From Felis catus (lineage: Eukaryota), in assembly GCF_018350175.1 (NCBI RefSeq), contig NC_058368.1:185258001-185322000 (forward strand): a stretch of DNA of 64,000 nucleotides, read 5' to 3'. The notes under the pieces were generated by a model. The model did not search any database and was not told where the DNA came from. It was given only the letters and a program-made list of their open reading frames with translations. Both the position numbers and the translations under genes were made by a program. Below are positions 38,621 through 51,300 of the stretch, one piece after another (the stretch's first letter is position 1; each line of letters starts with the position of its first letter).

Positions 38621-39756
38621 TCTATTCCCTTATTCAAGAAATATTTATGGAACACCAAATGTGTAGTAGGATTTTTTCCCCCAGTTTTACTGAGGTATAA
38701 TTGACATACAGCATTGTGTAAATTTAAGGTGTACAACATGATAATTTGATACACTTATATATTGCAAAATGATTACCGCAGTAGCGTAGTTGACACTTCA
38801 CGTAATTACCATTTCATTTTTGTGGTGAGAACATTTCAGATTTATTCCCTTAGCAAGTTTCAAGTATATAGCACAGCATTATTGACTGTAATCATCATGA
38901 TGTACACTAGATCCCCAGAACTTATTAATCTTAGAACTGAAAGTTTGTACCATTTGACCAACATCTCCCATTTTCTCCAACCCCTAGTCCCTGGCAGCTA
39001 AAATTCTCTATTTCTGTGAGTTTGGCTTTTTAAAGATTCCACACACAAGTGATATCATACAGTCTTTCTCTGACTTATTTCACTTATTTCACTTAAGTTC
39101 CATCTAAGTGGGAGCAAACAGCAGGATTTCCTTCTTTTCATGGTGAATAGTATTTCATTGTATATACGCCATGTATTCTTTATGCATTCATAGAATGACT
39201 CTTAGCTTAATTCCATATCTTGACTATTATGATAATACTACAATGAACATGGGACTACAAATATTTCTTTGAGAGAGTGATTTCATCTTCTTCAGATATA
39301 TACACAGAAGTGGGATTTGGGGATCATATGAGAGTTCCAGTTTTCATTTTTTGAAGAACTTCCACAGTTTTCCTTAGTGGTTGTACCAATTTACATTCCC
39401 ACCAATAGTGCATGAGAGTTGGCTTTCTCCACATCCTCACCAATACTTGTTATTACTTGTCATTTTGATAATAGCCATTTTTATACATGTAAACTTCTTG
39501 GTTAAATTTATTCCTAGGTACTTTTTTTGATTTGGGTGCTATTGTTAATGGGATTGTTTTCTTTCTTTTTCAGATATTTTATTGTGTCTATACAGTGTAG
39601 TCTGTACATTTTTTTGTTGTTGATTTTCTGTTCTGCAGCTTTACTGAATTTGTTGATTCTAACAGGGTTTGGGTGGAGTCTTTAGGGTTTTAGGTATTAT
39701 ATATATAATGTTATCAGCAAGTAAAGACATTTGATGTCTTCCTTTCTGATTTGGAT

Positions 39757-39787
<31 letters not shown>

Positions 39788-40452
39788 GCCTGATTACTCT
39801 GGAGAGGACTTTCAATGCGATGTTGAATATGAGAATGGGCACCTAACCTTAAGGCACCTTAAGGCACCTAAGGTTAGGTTGTCCCTAACCTTAGAGGAAA
39901 AACTTTGAACTTTTTACCCTTGAATGTGATATAAGTAATGGGCTTGTCATATATGGCATTTATTATGTTGAGGTATATTCCTTTTATACCCCCTTTATTG
40001 AAAGATTTTATCATGAAGGAATGTTGAATTTTGTCAAATGATTTTCTGCATCTATTGAGATGATCATATATATATTTTTTTATTTTTGTTTCTATTAATA
40101 TAGTGTATCACATTTACTGACTTGCAACTATTGACCCCTGCTTGCATCCTTGGAATCAGTACCACTTGATCACAGTGTATGATCTTTTCAATGTATTCTA
40201 CAGTGCATTTGATTTACTAATATGTTTTTGATAATTTTTACAACTATATTCATCAGGGATATTGGCCTGTAGTTTTCATGTAATGTCTTTATCTGGCTTT
40301 GGGTAATACTAGCTTCATAAAATTTTTATGAGGCTCTCATAAAAATTTTTAATTTTTTGGAAGAGTTTGAAATGGAGGAATTCTTTAAATACTTAAATAC
40401 TTAATTTAAATACTTAAATACTTAACATTATTTAAATACTTAATTCTTTAAA

Positions 40453-40706
40453 AATTTTTTTTTCAACGTTTATTTTATTTTTGGGACAGAGAGAGACAGA
40501 GCATGAACGGGGGAGGGACAGAGAGAGAGGGAGACACAGAATCGGAAACAGGCTCCAGGCTCTGAGCCATCATCAGCCCAGAGCCCGACGCGGGCCTCGA
40601 ACTCCCGACCGCGAGATCGACCGCGAGATCGACCGCGAGATCGACCGCGAGATCGTGACCTGGCTGAAGTCGGACGCTTTAACCGACTGCGCCACCCAGG
40701 CAGCCC
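40453..40706 (-). mobile_element. Young CpG-rich felid Can-SINE with internal tandem array
   Basis: Perfect TSD aaatacttaattctttaaa at 40434-40452 and 40707-40725. Confidence 0.97.
40607..40654. repeat. Minisatellite (gaccgcgagatc)x4
   Basis: Four perfect 12-bp units; sibling SINEs in the window have one. Confidence 0.98.
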
Positions 40707-41987
40707 AAATACTTAATTCTTTAAATACTTGGTAGAATTCATTAGGTAGACTATTTCGTCCTGGGCTTTTTTTTTGTTGGGAGGTTTTTGGTTCCTGGTT
40801 CAATTTTCTTACTTATTATTTGCTGTTCATAGTTTCTATTTCTTCATGATTTAGTCATGGTAGATTGTATATAGAGATGTATCCACTCTTCTAGGTTGTC
40901 AAATTTGTTGGCATATAATTATTTATAGTAGTCTCTTATGGTCCTTTGTATTTCTGTAGCATTAGTTGTAAGTCTCCTCTTTGGCTTCTGATTGTGAGTC
41001 TTCTCACTTTTTTTTTCTCTTGGTTAGTCCCGCTACAGGCTTGTCAGTTTTGTTTATCTTTTCAAAAACCAGTTCTTAGTTTTATTGATCTTTTGTATTG
41101 TCTTTTTAGTTTCTATTTAATTTATTTCTGCTCTAATCTTATTTCCTTCCCTATGCTAACTTTGGGCTTCCTTTGTTCTTTTTTCTCCCTAGTTTCTTGA
41201 GGTGTAAGGTTATGTTGTTTGAGATTTTGTTTGTTTGTTTGTTTCTTGAGGTGGGCATTTATTGCCATGAGCCTTCCTGTTGGCACTGCTTTTACAGCAT
41301 CTCAAATATTTTGATATGTTGTCTTTCCATTTTAATTTGTTTTAAGATTTTTAAAAAATCTCCCTTTAGATTTTTTCTTTGACTCATGGGTTGTTAAGGA
41401 GTGTGTTGTTTAATTTCCACACACTTGTGAATTTTCCAACCTTCCTCCTGTTATTGATCTCAGTTTCATACTATTATAATTGAAAAATAAGCTTGGTATG
41501 ATTTGAGTCTTCTTAAATTTGCTAAGACTTGTTTTGTGACCTATCATATGATCTATACTGAAGAATGTTCCATATACACTTGAGAATATGTGTATTCTGC
41601 TGCTATTGGATGCTGTATTCTGTATACATCTATTGGGTCCCTTTGCTTTAAAGTATAGTTCAAGTTCAAAGTTTTGTTAATGATTTTGTGTCTGGGTGAC
41701 CTATCTGTTGTTGACAATGGGGTATTGATGTCCTCTATTATTACTGTATTGCCTTTTTTCCCCCTTTCAGATCAGTTTTAGTAATTGCTTAACATATTTA
41801 GATGTTCTGATGTTGTGTGGATGTATTGTAGATGATTCTTATATCCTCCTTATAAGTTGACTACTTTATCATTATAAAATGACCTTCATTGTTTCTGGTT
41901 ACAGTTTTTGGTTTACAGTCTATTTTGTCTGATATATGTATAGCTATCCCTGCTCTGTTTTGATTTCCACGTGCATGGAATGTCTTT

Positions 41988-42589
41988 TTCTTTAATTTAA
42001 ATTTTAGTTTGTTAACATACAGTGCAATTTGGTTTCAGGAGTAGAATTCAGTGATTAATCCTTATATACAACACCCAGTGCTCATCACAAGTGCCCTCCT
42101 TAATACCCATCACTCATGGCTCCCACCCATCTTTCTCCATCAACCCTCATTTTATTCTCTGTTGTTAAGTCTTTTGTGGTTTGTTTCCCTCTCTTCTCTT
42201 CCTTCCCTTCCTATATATTCATCTGTTTTGTTTTTTAAATTCCACAAATGTGTGAATTCATATATTTGTCTTTCTCTGATTGATTTATTTCACTCAGCAT
42301 AATACATTCTAGCTCCGTCCACGATGCAAATGGCAAGATTTCATTCTTTTGATGGCTGAGTAATATTCCATTATGTGTGTATAATATATCTATATACCTA
42401 TATCTATATCTATCTATATCTATCTATATCTCTGTATATCACATCTTCTTTATCCACTTATGAGCCAATGGATATTTGGGTTCTCTCTTCATAGTTTGGC
42501 TACTGTTGATAATGCTGCTATAAACATTGGGGTGCATATATCCCTTCAAATCCACATTTTTGTATCCTTTGGGTAAATACCTAATAGTG
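41988..42589 (-). mobile_element. 5'-truncated carnivore-specific L1 tail nested in an older L1
   Basis: ggtttcaggagtagaattcagtgatt..cacccagtgctcatcacaagtgccctccttaat..gggtaaatacctaatagtg. Contains a (TATC/TATATC)n tract at about 42385-42440. Confidence 0.88.
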
Positions 42590-45289
42590 CTTGTGTGTGT
42601 CCTTAAAGCTGAAGTGAGTCTCTTGTAGGCAGATTTGAGTCTCTTGTAGGCCTGTAGTTGGGTCTTGTTTTTATCCATTCAGTCACTCTATACCTCTTGT
42701 TTGAAGAATTTAATCTATTTACATTAAGATTAATTACTGATGGATAATGATTTATTAATGCTACCTTATTGTTTTTTGCCTGTTTTGTAGTTCCATTGTT
42801 CCTTTCTCCATCTCTAGTTGCCTTCCTTTGTGAATTGATGGTTTTCCATAGTGATATGCTTTGATTCCCTTCTCTTTAATTTTTGTATATGTTTGGAGGT
42901 TTTTGCTTATCTTATAGATAACACTATACTAATGAAAGCTTAACTTTTATTGCATATAGAACTTGACGCTTTTACTCACCCTCCCTTTTTATGTTTTTGA
43001 TGCCATAGTTTACTCCCTTTATAGTGTGTGTTCATTAACAAGCTACTGTAGCTATAGTTACTTTGAATACTCTTGTCCTTTAAACTTTATACTAGAGTTA
43101 AGAGATTAACACACCACAATATTACAGTATTAGAATATTCTGAATTTGACTATATACTTGTATTTACCAGTGTGCTGTATATTTCATGTTTTCATGTTAC
43201 TACTTAGCATCCTTTCATTTCAGCTTGAAGATTTTTTTTAAGCATATCTTATAAGGTAGATCTAGTGGTGATGAACTCCTTCATCTTTTGTTTGTCTGGG
43301 AAAGTCTTTATTTCTTTATTTCTTAAGGACATTTTTGCTGGACAACATATTCTTTTTTGGTGGTATTTTTCTTTCAGCACTTTGAATATATCAACTCAGT
43401 CTCTCCTGTCCTGTAAGGGTTCTGCTGAGAAATCCACTGATAGTCTAATAGGAGTTCCCTTTATAAATTACAACTTATTTGCTCTTACTTCTTTTAAGAT
43501 TCTTTGTCTTTGATATTTGATGGTTTTATTATAACATCTCTTGGAGAAGATTTAAGTTGAGTTTGTTTGGTGACCTATCAGTTTCAGGAATTGAACATTC
43601 AAATCTCTCCCCAGATTTAGAAAGTTCTCAGCCATTATTTCTTTAAGTTTTCTGCCTCATTTTTTTCTCTCTTCTCCTTCCACAACTCAGTAATTCACAG
43701 ATTATCTCTATTGATGGTATGAAACAGATCACATTTTATTCTTTTTTTCTTTGTTTGTTTGTTTGCCTCTAACTGGGTAATTTCAAAAGTTCGGTGTTCT
43801 AATTCACAGCTTCTTTTTTTCTGGTTGATTCATTCTGCTGTTGTTTCTCTTTTATCTTTTTCATTTCATTAATTGTAATACAGTGAATTCAGCTCCAGAA
43901 TTTCTGTTTGGTGTGTTTTTAAAAATTAGTTCTCATTTTGTGTATTGTTGATTTTGTTGAATTGTCTCTATTTGCTTGTAGCTGATTGAGCTTCCTTCAA
44001 AAAATATTTTCTTTTCTTTTTTTTTTATTGAGTTAGTTGCAGATTTCCATGTCTTTGGGGTTGGGATGATAATTGTGATTCTTTGGTAGTATTGTGGTTT
44101 CTTGATTTTTTGTGTTCCTTGAAGTCTTCTGATGCTGTCTTCACATTTGTGTTAGCAATCTAGCAGTCACCCCCTCCCGACTTTATTGTCTTTGGGAAAT
44201 ACCTTCTATCAGCCCTACCAAGGAAATCTGAGGCTTTCTTAGATATTACATGGATATACCTGTTCCATTTTTATTGCTCCCTCTTGTGACAGAATTCTTA
44301 AGCTTTTATGCCTTCTCTTAATCTTGCTTTGTACCAAGGCAAGTGCTGACATCCCTTCTATAGCTTTCCTAAGGGTAAGGCTGAAGTTCAAGTTTGTGTT
44401 CTTTATGTGGCCCTCAGATTCAGGCTGTCTTCCCACATATGTTCACTAGCCATCTGCCATACCCTGGTCTATTGTCATTTGGAGCATGCACAGACAGGTG
44501 GGCACAGTATGGGGATGTGTGTTGGTGAGGCATTCAGGTGATTGGGGGTACAGGTGGGATAGTTGGGGTTATGTTTAGGTGAGGCATCTCCAGTGGTTCT
44601 TAGGTGGGTTTCTTGATGGGGTTTGTGATGCAGTCAGTAGGTTCTATGTTCCTTTAATGCTGTCAGAGAGTCCTGTCTGCAGCTCTCCCAGCCTTTTTAC
44701 CATCCGCAGTCATGCAGCTCATGACTCAACTCTCTGAATGGGGTGAGAGAGAAATGAGCTCTCTGACCACATAACATACAGTTAGGGTATCTGGGCCCTT
44801 ACATGTTCTCACTTTCCTTTGTGGGAGAAATCACATGTCTAGAAGGTCTCACTTGGCATAGAGCTATGTGCCTCCTTGGGGGTGGTGGAATGACATGGGT
44901 AAAGTAAGACTTTTTCTCTAGCCCTCCCAATGCATCAAAACTCATAATTTTTTTGCTCTAACAGTGTATTGAAACTTCATTACTGGAAACATGGACTTCC
45001 ATAAAAGCTCTCTCTTCCTTGAATGATTGTCTGAAAGAGTGTTCTCCATGGGCCCCTGGACCATGGCAGAGAGGGGCTGAAGCCACTGCAAAGGCCACAA
45101 CCAGGACCAAGGTCTATCTGTCTAATTACTTCTCTTGAGTCCCTTGGCATATAGTGCTGGATTCTACAGCTCCCAAAAGATACTTATGTCTGTGGGTGGA
45201 TGCCAAATTGTTGTTGAGGAGGAATACAATAAGGGACTTCTCATTTAGCCAATGTTGCTGATGTCATTCACTCAAGAATGAATTTAAGT

Positions 45290-46000
45290 TCTAGGTATAG
45301 AAGAGTGAGCCAAAACATATTCATTCTTCCTTCTTAGAGCCTATGAGTTGAGGAATTTGTGAGCTTAATTGAGAAGGCAACTGTGAATTAAATAATTATG
45401 AAAATGTGTATGAAGTTTTAAATGTGACAAGGGCTGTGAAATAAAGCAATATAGTGTTATAACTTTGAGTTAATTTGTCAGTCTGAAAGAACAGGAAAGT
45501 TTTCTTGATGAGATAACATTACAGCTAGATCTCAAAAATAAGAAGTTAGCTAAGGGAAAAAGGGGAGAGAGGAGAGATTTCATCACATGGAGAGGAAGAC
45601 ATGCGAAAGTACTGTGTCAGCAGGGAGCAAGGAGCTTCTGAGAAACAGAGTTCAGGTGTGATTGGAGCCCAGAGGATGAGAGAGAAGAGTGATGTGTGTT
45701 GAAGCTGGAGACACTTGTAGAAGTCTGAATACATAGGGCCTTTTAGACTGTGTTACAGATTTTGGTTTTTGTTTGTTTTTGTTTTGAAAGCACTGAAGGT
45801 TTTAAGAAGGATATTGTTGGTGATGAGTATGTTTGCATTTTGACTGGTTACAGTATGAAGAAGATAAGAGGGGTAGGAGTGGGTACTGAGACCTAAGGAA
45901 GGAGGCTGCTCCAGTGGGTCAGGTGAGGGATGATGGCATCTTGGGTTAGGGGGATAGCTTTGGAGAAGGCAAGAAGTTCATAGCTTTGAGAAACTAAAAT
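45290..46000 (-). mobile_element. L2 fragment continuing the L2 tail at about 38620-38670
   Basis: gaaagttttcttgatgagataacatt..gaggctgctccagtgggtcaggtgagggatgatgg motifs. Confidence 0.7.
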
Positions 46001-47486
46001 CAATATATGTTAGCCATGATTATTGTTATCACTATGGTTCTTCTGCCATATGATCAGATCATTGACATCCTTTTGAGTTTGAGGCAATAGTTTTTCTTTG
46101 TTTTGTTTTGTTTTGTTTGAGAAAATCTTGATGACAGTGGGAAACCCTGTATTCTTAGTCCGTGATAACCATCACCTTTGAAGGAAGGTCTTCACCCAGT
46201 CCAATGAGACCATCTGGTAGACTCTGAGAGTTCCAGTAGCAGATCTCAAATTGCATCTAATACCTCATTCTTTTTGTGGATGCTGGGTTTTCCAATGGGA
46301 ACAGTGGGTTTCTGATAGGGAGGACCCAGAATTAGGCTACTAACCTACATAACCATCTGTTCTCCTAACCTTGACATGTTTTGACATCTAGGCTCCCTAT
46401 CATTGTTGGCAAAAAGGTATGGATCTTAAATTTCTCATTTTTTCCTGTGTTACTCAAAGAGTACAAAATTTTATATTCTCTCTAATTAACTTGAACCTAA
46501 AACTCCTCTAGAAAAATTAAATCTACTAAAAAATTGTATTCCATAGAATGCAATCTGGTGTGTAGCAATAAGCTATCCTCTATTCTTGAATACTTGACTC
46601 CTTTGAATTCTTATTTTTTATTCCTGACAGTTGGTATGTGAACTTAAGCTCATCTTTTTTTCCTTCTTGTACTCAAGTTTTTTGTAATAAAATAGATGAG
46701 GGTAGAAGTATTTAGATATTTGCAAGGATATTTTGAGATTAAAACAATATATTTGTTTTCATAAACATTTGAATACCAATTATTTATTCAACAAGTATTT
46801 ATTCAGCATATACTGTAACTGCTTAATGAAGAAAACACAAAGAACAAAAATAGGCCTACTCCTGTGGTACTTGCATTCTGATTGGGATGAGTAGGGGTGG
46901 GGTTTAGGCTGCAATACAATTCTGGGCCTTACGTGTAAGAGAAACACACTTTGACCCTATCTGGCATATCTCTCCACACTGGAGTCAAGGAGTCTGAACG
47001 TCCAAGGGAAATTGCTCACTTGCCCATATTTCAAGATTGTAACCCAGATAACAGGCACTTTGAATTCACTGCCCAGACCACCTTGACCCTACTTCTGGAG
47101 CATGCGTTAGTCTACACCTGGGTCCATTCTTTAAAAGGCAGAGGATTATGACACTGTTGTGCTCCCATGTGGTCAGGGCATGGGGAAAAGGAACTGTAGA
47201 TGGGACATGGATGAATGGGTCGGTGTATCTCATATATGAACGTGAGGCTCTTCTGTGGGTGAGACAATGCCAAGAAGTGGGAAGGGAAAGAGGTCAGATC
47301 ATGGGTCAAGGTTTGCGCCCCCCCCCCCTTTCCCAGACTGTCATATTCTAGTACAGAGCATCAAGGAATCCAAGAATTCTAAATTTGAACTTGACCTTTC
47401 ATTATTAAACTATTTTTCTCAAACTAAGAACATGTATTTTATTTAGTAGCATTATAGTTTGATTTTATAACCTCTAAATATTTAAA

Positions 47487-47699
47487 TTTTTTTTTCAACG
47501 TTTTATTTATTTTTGGGACAGAGAGAGACAGAGCATGAACGGGGGAGGGGCAGAGAGAGAGGGAGACACAGAATCGGAAACAGGCTCCAGGCTCTGAGCC
47601 ATCAGCCCAGAGCCTGACGCGGGGCTCGAACTCCCGGACCGCGAGATCGTGACCTGGCTGAAGTCGGACGCTTGACCGACTGCGCCACCCAGGCGCCCC
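47487..47699 (-). mobile_element. Young CpG-rich felid Can-SINE
   Basis: Perfect 21-bp TSD tataacctctaaatatttaaa at 47466-47486 and 47700-47720. Confidence 0.98.
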
Positions 47700-47779
47700 T
47701 ATAACCTCTAAATATTTAAACATACATTAATGGGCATTGCAAATCTTAGGCATGGGCTTGTTAAATAGATGGCTAATCA

Positions 47780-48350
47780 ATAGGTAAGCAAATACTTTAA
47801 GAGAATCATTTTAGACAGTGATAAATGTATGACTGAAATATGATAGGGAGATAAAATAGTGACTACCAGGAGTAGCAGCTCCTTTTGATTGGTTGTTGAC
47901 AGTAGTCCTCTTTGAGCATGTGACAGAGAATTGAGGTGAATAAGAAGGGACTCATTAACAAGATCTTGGGGCTGGTCATTCTGTCAAATGAAAAAGTAGA
48001 TACAAAGACCCAAAGGAAGAAAATACTTGGTAAAACCAAGGAATACAAAGAAGGCTGGTGTGTAGGTGTGTAGTGGCCCTGAGTACATAGTATGAGTTGG
48101 CATTAGAGAGGTCTGCAGGGGTTAGATCCTATTGGGCTTTGAAGATCACAGTTTTAATTATAGATCAATTCCAATTGCTATGAAAGCTTTAAAACATTTT
48201 GCACAGGGGAGCAGCATCATCTAAGTTTTATAATGATAGATCTAGCCACTGTGTTGTGGCAGAATCATAGAGGCAGGAATGGAAGCAGGAAAACCATTAA
48301 TAAAAAGCTATTGCAATGGTCCAAGTTAATGCTGATGGTGGCTTAGATTA
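47780..48350 (-). mobile_element. L2 fragment
   Basis: gacagtgataaatgtatg..aagctattgcaatggtccaag..gatggtggcttaga motifs. Confidence 0.6.
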
Positions 48351-51300
48351 CATTTCAGACCCCATACTAAGTGTTCAGTGTGGAAATACTCCAGCTGAAC
48401 ATGTACTTAGAACTATTGTTTTGGGTTCTTTGGAAACTTCTGATGACTAATCAGTTGTTGAATTCCTTTTGTGACAGTTCCTTTTGAGAGATTGCTCAGC
48501 AAACTATTCTTTCAGAAGTCTTCCTCTTTCAGGCAGAACTTCTGTGATACTGAGCATCAGGATATCAAACTGAATTATTTTAAGCACCATTTTAAGATGA
48601 AATGTAAGGAACTGCAGTGGAGCCTTAGACTGGATTCTGTGAGTGACCCATGCATTAATAGCTGACAGTGGAAAATGATTAGTAAGGAACAAGAAAGAAT
48701 ATGAGGAATTGGGATAGTTAAACTCACTCCAATTTCATATCAGATGGCATTAGAGCTGAAGTACATGGCTTATTAATAAAACTGATGTAACATGTGAGAC
48801 CTTTCAATAATGAATGACTAAGCAATGTTTTTATGTTACGCTATTGAGTCATTAAAATATATAGCAGAGTTTACAAAGTCTAGAATGTTCAGTTTATCCA
48901 ACAAGTATTTTCTGAAGATTTACTGTGTGCAGACACTAGATCAGGGAATACAAAGAATGTTCTAGGTCTTGACATCCAAAAGGCCACAGTTTGGTAAAGT
49001 CTTTGATTTTTAAATCTTTCTAACCTACTCTTTCCATTTTTGGAAAACTGAGTATTTTTAAAACTTTCCTCTCAATTTCTTGATATTATCTTCCAATCGC
49101 TTAATTTCAGAAAGAGGAGTCTTTGTGAATTTTACTAGTCTTTTCCTTAACATAGGCCCATTTCTGTTGATGTCTTCTTCCATAGTTAGTGAAACGTTAG
49201 TCCTCTATTCCTTGTCCTGAGAGTAAATTACTCCGATTTTTTTAATGTTCTGATCCCCATGAAATGCAATCAATGTGCCTTTTGCTTTTCTTTTGTCCAA
49301 AGTAGCCAGTTACCATTAAAGTAGATTTTGATTCTGTGATTAGATGGCAAAGCTCTTTCTCACACAAGAGGAATGATGTCTGCCACGGTAGGTGTCATTT
49401 TAAAATAACAAAGCACATTTTTTGCACAATATCCATTCCATTGTGCTTATGATATCCTTGTTAGAAACTGTGATTCTGATTGCTCTGAAATAAAATTTTT
49501 TGAAGTCATTTTTTTACTTGACTTTTTTAGACTTCCACAAAATTTGCATTTGTGCATCGCTTTTACAAAAGCTACTTCCTGAAGCCTACAATGTTACTAA
49601 TAATGGTAATTAAGACTTATCCAATGTGTATTACTATGCCAGTGAAGGGATTTACAGACACTATTTTCTGTAATCTCCGTGACAGCCTATAATATAACAT
49701 AGGTTTTGTAAAACCTGCTTTTTATAAAACTGGCATTGTTTGTTTACTCCCTTGTTAAAAAAGTCCCCCCTAGAATATAAACTCTAGGGAGTTAGGGATA
49801 ATATCTTCCGTTTCTCTCTTGTATTCTAGTGGTTTCCATTATGCCTGATCTATATAGATAATGCTCAATATATAGGGAACTACTTTTCTAAATGCATGAC
49901 ACTCTGAGATTAAGTGGCTTGCCTAAAATCACACAACTCGTGTAGTACTCTCTTACTCCAAAGACTATGTTCTTTAGTGAGCTTAATACAGTTTCAAGGA
50001 GGAGTTAGTTGCCTTCCTGAGTTAGTTATTAGGAATTCCTCATGCCATTTAGATTTATCTAATAATGGTACAGCTAAAAGATCTGCTACACTTTGTATTA
50101 GGTCATTTGGGAAAATTTTATTCTCATATAAATAGCATCAGACTCCTAGTAAACATAAATAGCTTTTCCTTCTTAATGTAGTAACACTTTCTCATCATGG
50201 TACAAGTTAGTCCTAAAGGAAGTAACTGAACTAAATGAATGTAAAACTCTTTCTCAGATTACCCACATAAAATTAAGTTTTTCTCATGATGTCTGATTAA
50301 AGTCCTCCTATTCTACCCTCAGTGAGTTTAGAAATAGCAAATTGTCCTTTCCAGGGAAATTATTAATCTTGACATCATTGTTCTAATAGCAAACTTTAGG
50401 TTGATTTTACATTTCCTGCTCAAGCGAGTTCTGGCTTCTCTTCTGGGCATTTAAGGTGCTTCCTTTCCTCACACTTTTCTAAACCTTGAAATCCAATTAT
50501 ATCTTCTGGTCTCACTCCCAGAAAATTCTACTGATAGTCTGTAATGCAGAGACACTGGAGAGCCGGCTCTATTTTTTAACATACTTTGGGATCCTCCTCA
50601 TCTGTACCTGGGTATGTGCTGATATTACCACCTCCATGTTTTTCTCTCACATCTCTGTTTTTCTGAAGCTTGCTCTCTTTTTTGGCAGAACAGGGGCAAC
50701 CTCTCCTTTTAAAACTTATGTCTCCTTTAAGGCTGTCTCCTGTGGACTAGAACTGTGGTGTATAATATACCTCATAATATGGGCCTTTTGTAATAGAGAG
50801 TGGGTCCCAGTCTCTTTCAGGGGCCAAAGCAATGCCCACTTCATGATGTCAACAGAAGGGACGTGGCTGAGGGTTCTTTTCCTCCTCTCATTTCTTGCCT
50901 CACTTTGCTCTTTCCCTGAGACCACACTCTATCCTGAAGCGTCAGGATCCTGAATATCATGTGAGAAGGATTTAGATTTTTTTTTGATTGTAGCCCTTCC
51001 ATAAAAACCAAAATTTCTCTTGCTAATATTGAATACCCCCTTACTTTGCCCTAATAAAGACCTTCCTCCATGAAAGTGTTAGGGGGAAGAAACAGGATGA
51101 ATATTTCAAATATAAACCCTGGGTTTATTCTTATGCTGGAAGCGTGTTGATACAACCCATTAACGATAGAAAATGGGGCATGCAAGTCTTAATTTTTTAT
51201 TAAAAACTTTGTTGCTCCTTCTTGAGTAACCAGATTCCTCTTATTTTTGTCTGATAGTTTTCTCTGTTTTTCAACCCCTTGATCATTTTGCCTCTTCTAC

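Larger units (their letters stand above)
38672..45273 (-). mobile_element. Near full-length old L1 (L1MA9-like) with internal ORF2 deletion and nested insertions
   Basis: Reading left to right: 3' tail at 38672, ORF2, inter-ORF, ORF1-like region near 43.2-44.1 kb, 5'UTR, and a terminal gaatgacatcagcaacattggc motif on the minus strand resembling L1 5' ends. Heavily disrupted. Confidence 0.88.

Noticed and set aside
40481..40803. ORFs with DREI/SRSI peptide repeats, and a possible CRISPR-like array
   Set aside because: These are translations of the 12-bp tandem repeat inside a SINE. The units are contiguous with no spacers, and the context is eukaryotic.
50486..50953. Longest ORF in the track (155 aa)
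   Set aside because: Non-ATG start, composition typical of random T-rich DNA, no recognisable domain or splice context.
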